NCBI RefSeq assembly: GCF_009834535.1
Contig: NC_045698.1
Span: forward strand, 101,246,001 to 101,310,000
Length of the DNA: 64,000 bases
Source of the DNA: Camelus ferus
Taxonomy: Eukaryota
Reading direction: 5' to 3'
A program made the position numbers and the translations under genes. Shown piece by piece: positions 47,351 through 58,190 of this stretch. The notes beneath the pieces are model-generated. The model saw nothing but the letters and a program-made list of their open reading frames with translations. It made no database searches and was not told the origin of the DNA. Position 1 is the stretch's first letter. Each line of letters starts with the position of its first letter.

Positions 47351-50064
47351 CTTATTGTAATTGCCTCTGGAAATCAATATTCCATGTTAAATGAAACCCA
47401 TTTTGGTTTTGGTACGTCCTCTGTAAAACGCAGGACAGAAGGTTAAAGCGTGGTTTCCTACAGACCACATTTTGCTGGAGATTGGGGTGAGTTCAGGCCA
47501 ATGGGAATGTCATGAGCTGAAAAGACTTCGCTAGGACCCTGTGATGTTTAGAAAATTACTTTCCAGGATGCCTTAATCCCTGCTGTCACAGCGTGAATCT
47601 CATTCCTCTCGTTCTGTCTTCAGTGGAGATAGAGACCTGTCAGTAACTATTTCCTCAAAATAAGCCTTCATTGTGCCTGGAGATTAGTCTTTGGACACCT
47701 GTGTTAGTTTCCTTTCTGTGCAACACCCTCAAAGCCTCATCCTGCTAAGGTGGGAGCTTAGAACCTCTGCTTTTCACAGCTCCCCAGGAGCTCTTAACTT
47801 TTCGCTCCAGGGTTAAGTATTCTAGCAAGCACCTCATCTGTAGGGGCTGCTTCCCTGATGACGCTGTTTCCTTGGGCTTTTGTTGGCACACAGCTCTGTT
47901 TTTTCATGCCATTGATTGGGATGGCAGAGGGGCCAGTGGGGATCTCCAGCAAAATGACTGGAAAGACCCAAGACAATAGGGCCCTTTGCTCCAGCTGTGA
48001 GTCTTATTTCCCCTCAGTAACCACCTGGAAGCTACTGGTGGCACTAAGCACCACTGGCAACCCCAGTTAATTTTGAGTTTCTGAGGCAGTGGATGGAAAA
48101 CAGCACTGATCTTGACTCTATTTATAGGACGGATTTGCTGAAAGGAAGGAAAATTGTTGACACTGTTTCATTCTGGTGAAACGCTCGAGCTGGTTACTCA
48201 GAACAATGTTGTAAGTAGCCTACAAATCAGGCTATTTGCATTATCCAATGATGTGCCTCTCCTAGCCCTTGTGCCTGACCACAGTGGGAATTACTTAGAT
48301 AACTTGGAGGCACACTGAGAATTCCCAAAGCTATTTCAAGCTAATCAGAGGAAACCCAGACCAAGTACACAGTGTTTTCGTTTGGACAAAGGTTATTCTA
48401 GCCCTAAGCAGTGGCTGAGAGGCAATGATTGATGTTTCCCCATCATGAAACACAGTTGGTTAGCTCCTTACTTTGTCTCAAATTTATTGTCACGGAGGAC
48501 ATTAGTTTGTTACAATATGCCAAGAAGGAAAAAAAAAAGTCCTTAAAGGTCAGATGGTTATTAATGACGTGAACTGAGGAGAGAATTTAAAAATCAACTC
48601 CATGGTAGGACCTCCTTTGAATGCCTTAACAATGATCCGTTCTAAAAAATCTTCATTTATAAGTGACAGTTTTCTCTCCTAGTTGTCAAAAGGCAAGCTT
48701 TTCCCCCTCCTTATTATCCTGTGATCCAGATGCACTAGTTATGGTTCATCGCATTTCATAATAACACATACATCACATTGGTGCAAATAATCATGCAGGC
48801 ACCTGTTTCACAAAGCATGGCCAACAACACTCATTCGGCAGCAACCAATTGAGGGCATGTCCGGTCTGATGGGGATGGAGGGTGAAAGCTCCTAGAAATA
48901 GAAAAAGACAGAGGATTTAGACAGGGGAGATTCCAGCTAAGCCAGTAATGTGCCGATCGATGCGGGCTTCTAGGGTCTTTCCTCCACCTGCCACCTAGCT
49001 CTCTGTGCAGTTACGTGGCAGAGAAGCTCATAGGTCATTCTGCAACTTGATACTTCCTAGGATTTGGAGGCTGAAAGGATCTTATTCCTGATCGACTTCC
49101 AAGTGATGAATCGCTCTTTATCATCAAACACTATTTGATTGTCTTATTCAGGGCACAAAAATAAGATTTTTAGCTGATCTTGAAAGGCAGAACTTGGTTC
49201 CCTTGGCCTTATGGTTTGGTGAGTGAACAGAAGGAAGGCTTTTAGCAAAGCCAACAAAGGCCTTCCAGTAGGCATTTCACTGTGGAGTTCATGCCTTTGA
49301 TAGGAGGGGATGGGGGCAGCTGAAAAAATGCCATGTGTAGGAAGGATATTAGAGCCTCCAGACTTTTCACCCTGTTTCTCCTAATGTTGTCCTCTTTAAC
49401 TTTTTTTCCTATTCCACCAACCAAATTTTGAGTTGAAAACCTTAGAATAGATAAGGCAGAAAACAGTTTCACTTAGGGTTTCTTTAGAAATTCATCGCTT
49501 AAACTCATTAAATTCAGGTTTAATATAAAGTAGAAGTGTGGGCCCTTGAGCAATCAGGTGTATTTAAGGGAGGATACTAAGATATCAGCTACATTTTCTT
49601 ACCATTGCTCTTCTGCACATTGACTAGCTAGGTTCAGGCACAAAGCCAGGAGCAGGAGGGCTGGTATTTGAATAATCTTTGTAAGCAATCACTGGCTCTG
49701 CACACCGCCAGCAGAGAGAATCCTCACCAGAACCCCGTCTTGGCTCCTGTACCTTGGTGGAATTTGCAGGACTGCGCTCCACTATATGGCTTCAGCACCC
49801 TTGCTCTGGTCAGATTGCTCTTGGAATGACTACACGCAAGTCTGCTTATGCGTAGCTACGAAACCTTCCTCTTGTTTCTGGAAAATGCATTAGAAATGAA
49901 TCCTTGGCTCTTTTGCTACATTGATTCTTAAATTCTTCACCCTGGTTTACTTATCACTTCAACAGTGATGACTGGGTAAAGCAAAGACACTGTCCTTTGG
50001 TGGAAAAGGCCTTGGAGGTGGAGATATATCAGCTCTATCACTCCCTCTCAGAGCTTTCCGCGCA

Positions 50065-50522
50065 CTTAGAGTAAATCCACACTGCTTCCCCTGGGTGAAC
50101 CAGGCCTGTGTGATGTTGCCCCTGCCTGTGGCTCCAACGTCATCTTATATGATTATCCTCACTGCTCCTTATGCTCCCATCATTCCCACCTCCTTTCTTT
50201 TATTCCAGTGCTCCAGGCTTTATCCCGTTTTATTGCACTCCCAGATCTTAACATGGCTGATACTTTACTGAACTTCAAGTCAAATGCCATCTCTTCAGGG
50301 AGGCCCTCCCTCATCACTTCATATAGCATCAAGCTCTCTATTGTGTCTTTTTTTTTTTTTTTTTTTGTAATTCCTTTTTTTTAATCTATCTCTTGTCTGT
50401 CGTCCCTCCCCAGGATATATGCTTTATGAGCATAGGGTTCTTCTCTCGTTCATCTTTGTATCTCCAGTGACTGGCACATATACATGCTTAATTAATACTC
50501 CTGAATCACTGAATGAACTGAA
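50065..50522 (+). mobile_element. L2 3' end
   Basis: CAAATGCCATCTCTTCAGGGAGGCCCTCCC...TTTGTATCTCCAGTGACTGGCACATA...GAATCACTGAATGAACTGAA. Confidence 0.7.
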
Positions 50523-50799
50523 AGTCAAAAGATCTGTGTTCTGTTCCATCGCACCCATTATTAAGCTGTGTTAACTCCTAGAACTCTCTAGGTCTCAGCC
50601 TCGCCTTTTGTAAGAGAAAAACTTTGAATCAGATTTCTAAGGTTAGTTTCACATCCGACTTTAAGTTTTTGCTTTAGTTGTACTCCACTGAATCCTCTTT
50701 CGCTTAATGGGCATAAAAGACTGTTTCCAAAAGAGCATTTCACGTCTTCATTTGTAAATAGCTCCCACTGACTGAGCATTTGACATAGTTCTTGGGACA

Positions 50800-51240
50800 A
50801 CCATGTTATCTATCATGCATTCCTTGAGAATCAGACACAGTGTTAGGCTTTGGGAATACAGCAATGAGCAAGACGTCTGCTCTGAAGGTTCTTATATTCT
50901 CAAGAAGACAGCAATTTCAGTACAGCGATAAGTGATGGGGACACATTCTATGATGGACCATTGGCAGAACCCCTAACACAAATATGAGGCATCAGGGAGG
51001 CTTCTGTGATGCTGTGACAGTTCAAACACAACCAGAAGGGTGGTGTTAACGCAGGTGAGAATGAAGAGGGGAAGGGTGTTCCAGGAGGAGGCACTAACGT
51101 GTGTGAAGGCCTCAGGAGGGGAGAAAGCATGACCTGTTTCCATTAAGCTTTGCAGTTAGACGGGCTGGAGCAGAGGCTGCAGGGTGATGACTGAGAAATG
51201 TAGCTGAGCCTGGCAAAGCCAGGGGAGGTCATCTTAGGTT
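50800..51240 (-). mobile_element. L2 3' portion
   Basis: CACAGTGTTAGGCTTTGGGAATACAGCAATGAGCAAGAC...GGGTGTTCCAGGAGGAGGCACTAACGTGTGTGAAGGCCTC. Confidence 0.7.
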
Positions 51241-51850
51241 GTTCGGCTCTCTGGTTCCCAAAGGAAGAAGCCATCACTGGTGTCTTCTGAGACACAAGAT
51301 CTAGACTAGGACAAATTGTTTGGTTTGGGCAGCTGTTAAATTACTTACTCTCCATGACACAGGCATATTAAATCTATTTCCATAGAAGACAGAAGATTGC
51401 CGGTGCCTTGCAATTTCGTTGGACTTTCATGATAATACCCTCCACGTAGTCTCATATTTAACTGGGATAATTTCAGAGGACACTTTGCAGAGAAGTTCCA
51501 TTTTATTTCCCTTCTGGAATAGAGAAAATGACACTGGATAGTGCAGTGGATTTTCACACTTTGCCAATTCCCACCGACAGCCTTATGTGCTTATTCATTA
51601 GTCTTGTGACATTTAGTCTTTATCTCACTTGATCTGATGTGTCTGTCATGTTCCCCAGGTTCTCAGCCCACGTTGCCATGGTACTAGAGACTGGGTGGGA
51701 AGCAGTGTGCTGTCGGGAAAATGGCATTACTGAATTTTGTTTTTCCTTCCAAAACCTTGGTTATGTCTACGAACACCAGAAAGTTATCTTGTGCTAATTT
51801 GTCAAATTCTGATGACTCGAAACTTTGTTCTAAAGACGTAAATACAGCTC

Positions 51851-52236
51851 TGCTATGGACTGAGTATTTTGGGGCTATTCCTCCTCCCCTCAAATTCATA
51901 TGTTGAAGCACCTCAGAATGTGACTGAATTTGGAGATAGCCTTTAAAGGGGTAATTAAGGTTAAATGAGGTCATACAGGCGGGCCTCTATCCAATTTAAC
52001 AAGTGTCCTTATAGGGAGAGGACATTAGGACAGAGATGTGCACAGAAGAAAGCTCATGAGAAGATGGAGAAAGAAGACAGCCACCTGTAAGCCAAGGAGA
52101 GAGACTGCAAAGGAAACAGTCCTGCTGCCATCTTGATCTTGGACTTCAGCCTCTAGCATTGTGAGGAGATAAATTTCTGTTGTTTAAGCCCCTGGTCTGT
52201 GGTACTATGTTATGATAATCCTCACAAACTGACCCA
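51851..52236 (+). mobile_element. MLT1B MaLR solo LTR
   Basis: TGCTATGGACTGA...CAAATTCATATGTTGAAG...GCCAAGGAGAGAG...TCTTGATCTTGGACTTCAGCCTCTAG...GATAAATTTCTGTTGTTTAAGCC. Confidence 0.85.
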
Positions 52237-53469
52237 AGCTCCATCCCATTTTTTATATTAATAAATTAAAAATTACATGTAATTCATTCATTCATGAACT
52301 AGCCTAGACTATTTTTTATTGATTAGGGCAGACATGTTTACCTCTATTTTTCAGGAGCATATTATCAGTATTTGCTGCTGAGAATGTTGTCAGCTTCCCA
52401 CGACAAGTCTGCAAGATCCCCCTGAAGGGTAGGAAATAAGGGAATATAAGAAGGATTAAAACAAATGAGTCTGTTATCAGGAATCGCGGTGTTTATTATA
52501 ACAACACCAGTCGGTCATCCCACCTTCGGGGCGTGGTCAAGATGGAGGCCTGTGAGCTGAAATGATGACATAGGCTTTTTAATGAATATACAGGTTATAA
52601 TTTACAAACTTTGTAAGAACTCTTTTGAATGGACAGGTCTCAGTGGTGTGGCCAGTGGGTGTTGCAGAATGAGCATCAGTGTAGAAATCTGGGGAGCCAG
52701 GTTCTGGTTTGAGGCTTCCACTAGGTCTGTGGAAGCCTGGGCCCTCACTTTTCCTTCTGTGGGTCTCGTAGTCATCATCTGTGAGCCGAAGGTGTTGTCC
52801 TAGACGACTGTGTAGGCATGTTCTACCCTTAACATGCAATAGAAGTGTGTGTCCCCAATGGGTAAATGCGGTTGAAAAACATTTCACACATATTTGACTT
52901 TTTGGTGGATTTAAAAGCAATCCATCCGGTTACTAGTTACAGAAGTCCATCTGTAGAAAACTTAGCTCTGCTTCCAGATTTTTAAGGCATTAGTAGAGGC
53001 ATTATAAACTGCCATTTCTTCAGGGTCCTTCTTCAGTTTCTTCCTGGGGTCAATGTTTAGTATTGTAAAATAAATCTATCTTCTGATTGATAGTTTGAAA
53101 AGTGCTACACAGCCTCAGAACCCAAGTGGGTTGTCATGACGACTGGTGACGTTTCTATCCTGCAGAGGGTACTAGGAGTACATGGCCCGTGTGTCTCTGC
53201 AAACTGTTTCATGTTATTTTTGCAGTGGGAAAGCTGGGAAAGTGTGAAGGTAGGAAGTTATCCAACTCAAATCTTTATAAGGTTAACTTGGGCAGAGAGA
53301 ATGTTTCATAGTTATTGAATATCTAGGCACTACATTAAGCACTTAATACATGATTTTTGCATAAATAAATCAATAAATATCAGAATCGTGCTAATATATT
53401 ACCCCCAGCACAAAAGACATAGCCAATTTAATTTTGGGAAGTTTTATTTATCACAGTTCAGTAGACATC

Positions 53470-53985
53470 TGTGGGTTTTGCTGACCAGCATTTACTTACA
53501 CCCTGATTTTCTTCTGGGATATCACTCTCTCTCCAACTCTTTGTCATTGGGTTTTGGTTTGAAGTCACTTTTCCCATCAGCCACAAGAGTGGGAAGATGA
53601 CTTAGGCCTTGCTAATCACAGCACTGTATCCTCATGGCCATAGTAACGGATTTAGGGATAGACAAGTGAACCAGTTACTCTGAGACACACTGCTGAGGGT
53701 CAGAGGCAGATATTCCTATTTAGCTGGTCTTATCTGAATGCTGACTGGTCTTGGGCTGTTGGCAACCTTATCACCATCAGTGGAGCCTGAGGATGGAGTC
53801 ATTGGGAGCAAAGCAGAGCCAAAAGATGGGGAGGGACTTGGACCTGGTCACATTGTTAGAGCCACTCCTAAAATTAAATGTTCATTTACCCTTCTCTGTT
53901 TTATGATCCAGTGCATTCCCTTATTGTTTAAGATACTTGGGGTTGCATTTTCTATCAATTGCAACAGAAACATGTCTATAGAAAT
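53470..53985 (+). mobile_element. Old MLT1 (I/J/K-like) LTR
   Basis: GACTTAGGCCTTGCTAATCACAGCACTGTATCCTCATGGCCATAGTAACGGATTTAGGGATAGACAAGTGA...TTTTCTATCAATTGCAACAGAAA. Confidence 0.65.
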
Positions 53986-54399
53986 AGACCCACAGTAAGC
54001 TTTGAGGAACAGTGGAAAGAATCCTGTTCCCTGGACAAACTCTTGACTAATCTTGAGTAAATACCTCTTTGAAAATGGGGCCAAGTATCCTAGTCTGTTC
54101 TATTTCTCATGGTTATTAAGAGGATCAAACTTGAAAACATATTTTTGAAATTTTTGTAAAATATAAAACTTTCTTTACTGCTAGTAGCTATTAAATTTTT
54201 GATAGTGGGTACCAGAAACAATGTTGCAGAACAGAGCTATGTCCATGATATCTGAATACACATTTCAGTTATTTTAAGCCTCAGGCCTCAAAGAGGCCGT
54301 GTGGTGCTGAGTGAAAAGAAATTGAGTCAGCTTTTAGAAAATTTCTGATCATATAAATATTCTTATAATGTAGAATAGGTGGCAGGATTTTAATATTAA

Positions 54400-54780
54400 T
54401 AAATACCACTCATCATTTAGGAAACTAAGATTTAGCGACACCAAGTAACTTTCTCAACATCATATGGCCAGTGGGAAGCAATAGCAGAGCACAGAGTCTG
54501 ACGTCCATATCCACGTACTTAGTGTTTTCCTTAACCCAGATGTTTAGAAGAGGACTATAGGTATGCATGGGTGTGCTTCCGTACCGAGTTGAACTATTCT
54601 GCATAAATCATGAGTTGTACTTGAGCTGGAAGATAGAAGAAGCCAAAAGCAGTAGCCCAATAGTCAGCTGTGTCTAGTCTGGACTCTGTCCAGACCTGGA
54701 GAAGTCACATGATCTTTCTGAGACTCAGTCTCCCCAGGAAATGTTAGGAAAGTTGGACAAGGCACAACTAGTGTCATTTG
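54400..54780. mobile_element. Two MIR fragments in opposite orientation (54400-54520 minus; 54640-54780 plus)
   Basis: AGGAAACTAAGATTTAGCGAC...AAGTAACTTTCTCAAC; and GAAGTCACATGATCTTTCTGAGACTCAGTCTCCCC. Confidence 0.5.
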
Positions 54781-54876
54781 AACAGTTGATTTTTTATTAA
54801 AGGCATTTTTGGTTCAGCTCAGTGCCTCTCCACTGAGGGACTAAATTTGCTTTGTTTTCTAGATGACAAAGGACTC

Positions 54877-55945
54877 TTATTTTAATTCAGGTAAAATTTA
54901 CATACCATAAAATTAAACATTTTAAAATGAACGATTCACTGACATTGAGCACAGTTGTAATTTTCTGCAACCACCCTCCCTATCCAGTTAAGAAATAATT
55001 TCAGCACTCCAAAGTAAAATTCCTTACCAGTTAAGCAGTTTCTGCCATTTTGTCTTCCCACCAGCTTCTGGCAGCCACCAGTCTGCATTCTGTCTCTAAG
55101 GATTTATGTGTTTTGGCTATTTTGTAGAAGTGGGGTCATACTGCGTGCAATCTCTTGTGTGGTTTCTGTCACCTAACACAGTGTTTTGGGAGTTCATCAA
55201 TGTTTAGCATGTATCAGTACTTTATTCCTTTTTATGGCTGAATAATATTCTATGGTATGTGTACCACCATTCATTTGTCCATTCATCCCTCGGTTGATAT
55301 TAGGGCTGTTTCTGCCTTTGGGCTGTCGTGAATAGTGATGCTATGAGCATGTATGTACATGTTCTTGTTTGAGTACCTGTTTTTAATTTTTTTTAGTATA
55401 TACCTGGGAGTAGAACTGCAGTCATTTGGTAATTCTGTGTTTAACTTTCTGGGGAATTGTCGAACTGTTTGCCAGAATGGTTGAACCATCCTACATTCCT
55501 ATCAGCATTGTACCGGAGTTCCAGTTTCTCTACATCCTTGCTAACATTTGTGATTTTCCTTTTAGAAATATTATAGCCATACTAGTGGGTGTAAAATGAT
55601 ACGTCCGTTGTGATTTTGGTTTGTATTTCTGTTATGACCAATGAAGTTAAGCATCTTTCCATGTATGTGTTTGGCCATTTGTGTATTTTCTTTGGAGAAA
55701 CATCTATTCAAGACATTTGCTCACTTGTAAAATTGGGTTGTTTGGTTTTTTTGTTACTGAGTTATAAGAGTCCTATAGATGTTCTGGATACAAAATCTAT
55801 TTCACATAAGTGATTGACAATATTTTCTCTCATTCTGTAGATTCTTCTCATTTTGTCGGCAAGGTCCTTTGATGCTCAAATGGTTTTAATTTTGATGAGA
55901 TGCAATTTGTTTTTAAACTTTTTGTTATTGCTTGCTTTTTCCTAT
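54877..55945 (-). mobile_element. L1MB-like LINE-1 3' fragment (about 1.07 kb)
   Basis: GGTAAAATTTACATACCATAAAATT...TTCCTTTTTATGGCTGAATAATATTC...TATAGCCATACTAGTGGGTGT...TCTTTGGAGAAACATCTATTCAAG. ORF 55283..55489 (MVQPFWQTVRQFPRKLNTELP) is an ORF2 remnant. Confidence 0.88.
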
Positions 55946-56937
55946 CCTGGAAAAAACACAGGGAAGTGATTATCATCTCTCTTGACCAGTGGGGAAGTAG
56001 AAGCTGAGAGATTGAATATATTAATAATAAAAATGTCTTCTATTTGCTGCAGACTTCCTGTGTGCCAGACCATGCTGGAGAAGGTGTATATCTGTGACTT
56101 CTGAATTGTGCAGCCATCTCACAGAGTCCTTACTCCAATGTAGAGACAAGGTACCATGAGTTTAAGTCATAGGTACTGGCTCCTACAATCCATTAATGTT
56201 GTGGTCCTCTTTGGAACCCAGATCTGTCAAGTCCTAAGCGCATCCCATTGCAGTGCACTATCTTTGGTTATACAACTCATCTCCCTGCTTCCTGTCCTGT
56301 TTCCCAGTCCTGTTGATGGTTGGAGGGATCTTCCTCAAACACAGTGGGATCGTGACATTCTGCTGCCTAAAGTTCTGCCCTTATAATTTTGCTTAGAAAT
56401 GTTTTACATTATGTCCATTTGGCTTGTGTTTCTTGAATAGTTTCCAACATACTTGAGAAAAGAACCCCCGCACTATTGCAATGTGTCTCCCTAATATGCC
56501 TACATTTCAGACTACCTTTTAAACTAAACTCTGAAAGGTTAATAGGGCATTTTGTTACATACAGCTTTTTCTGAATTCAGTTATTGGGTTTTAAGACGCC
56601 ATTGGAGGCTACTTTACCTGTTCTTTTTCTTGTTACCAAAACAACAAAAATAAATAAGAAACTGCCACAAAGTGATTTGCTGATTCCCTCCCCTCCCCTC
56701 AACTAGTAGAATATTCCTCTGGCAAATGAGATGCAGCCTTACCAACTCCATCACTTTTCTCTCTTGTTGATGTCTTGTTTGGAAGGGGAAGTTCCACCCA
56801 CAGTTATCAAACACTGTGTTTATTCCTCTTCTGCTGCAGGGGTTAGGACAATGTCCTGAAGGCAGAGGTGGGATGCCTTGTATTCCCAGGTTTATTCATG
56901 GGGATGAAGAAGGATTAACCACCTGATCCCTATAAAC

Positions 56938-57150
56938 CAGTGCTGTCCAAGAGAGCTTTTTGCAGAAACGGAAATATTTTTGTGCTTTCTAATATGGTCG
57001 CCATTGACTACATGTGGCTTTTGAACACTCGAAATGTAGTTAGTGTGACTGAGGAACTGACTGAGGTTTTAATTTTATTTAATTTTAAATAATTTAAATA
57101 TAATGTAGATAGCCACATGTGGTTAGTTACTACCATGTTGGGGAGGGCAG
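56938..57150 (+). mobile_element. MER3 hAT-Charlie MITE
   Basis: CAGTGCTGTCCAA...CTACATGTGGCTTTTGAACACTCGAAATGTAGTTAGTGTGACTGAGGAACTGA...TAGCCACATGTGGTTAG. Confidence 0.88.
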
Positions 57151-57448
57151 CCTTTAGAAATTATGACCCTTCAACTAGATGAAAGGAAGAAATAGAGTTA
57201 CAGAACAAACGTAGGTAAACGTAACCATGATCTTGGATGATGGAGAAGCATTAGGTGAAAAGTAACCCAGGAAGAATTACCAAGGCAGAAAGAAAATGAC
57301 TTTTTATGCAGTTCCCCCAAGTGCTTTCATTTCTTCGTGTATTTGTTTGACTATTTGGGTACCTATTACGTTCCAGGCACTGTTCCAGATGCTGGTGATA
57401 CTAGAGAACAAGACGAGTTTCTTGCCGCATGGTGCTCATATTCTACCG

Positions 57449-57667
57449 CAGTGTTCTCAAACTCAGCAGCATTTTGGTCCAGATAATTCTTCAGCGTGTG
57501 GGGCTGTCCTGTGCATTACAGGATGACTGGCAGCACCGCTGGCCTCCATTCACTAGATGCCAGTGAGCTCCCCTACCCTAGTTGTGACAATCAAAAGTAT
57601 CTGCAGATACTGCTAAGTGTCCTCTGTGGGGATGAAATTATCCACCTCCCAAAAAAGAGAACCACTC
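57449..57667 (-). mobile_element. MER20 MITE (opposite orientation to 8137-8338)
   Basis: CAGTGTTCTCAA...GGGGCTGTCCTGTGCATT...CACTAGATGCCAGT...AGTTGTGACAATCAAAA...GAGAACCACT. Confidence 0.85.
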
Positions 57668-57782
57668 ATCTAGTGGATGGGTGGATAATTGTACTTAATA
57701 TCTGAACAAAATGGGCACATTTAGTCAAAGATTCCATTGAGTAACTCAATTAGCGCATTTTATGGAACACTTATTTTATCTC

Positions 57783-58190
57783 TGTTATGGACTAAATGTT
57801 TGTGCCCTACCCACCCCACCCCACCCATATTCATATATAGAAGCCCTAACCCCCAGTGTGATGGCATTTGGAGGTGGGGCTTTGGGGAAGTAATTAGGGT
57901 TAGATGAGGTTGTGAGCGTGGAGGTCTCGTGATGGAATTGGTGCTCTTATAAAAAGAGACACCAGGGAGCTTGTTCTATTTCTCTCCTCTTAAATACACA
58001 AAAAAGAGGTCATGTGGCCCCAAAGCAAGATGCCTACCAGTCAAGAGGGGAGGCCTCAAAATGAAACATAGCTTGTTGGCATTTTGATCTCGGGCTTCTC
58101 AGCCTCCAGAACTATAAAAAGTAAATCTCTGTGTTTTTTAACCACCCAGTCTATGGTATTTTGTTTTAGTAGCTAGAATTATCTGGTGCA
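57783..58190 (+). mobile_element. MLT1A0-like solo LTR
   Basis: TGTTATGGACTAAATGTTTGTG...CCTAACCCCCAGTGTGATGGCATTTGGAGGTGGGGC...CAGCCTCCAGAACT...CCACCCAGTCTATGGTATTTTG...CA. 5-bp TSD ATCTC / ACCTC (4/5). Confidence 0.85.

Noticed and set aside
52579-53080. Possible processed pseudogene on the minus strand (IDPRKKLKKDPEEMAVYNAST...)
   Set aside because: The peptide is short, bounded by stops and not recognised. There is no real poly(A) tail or TSD.
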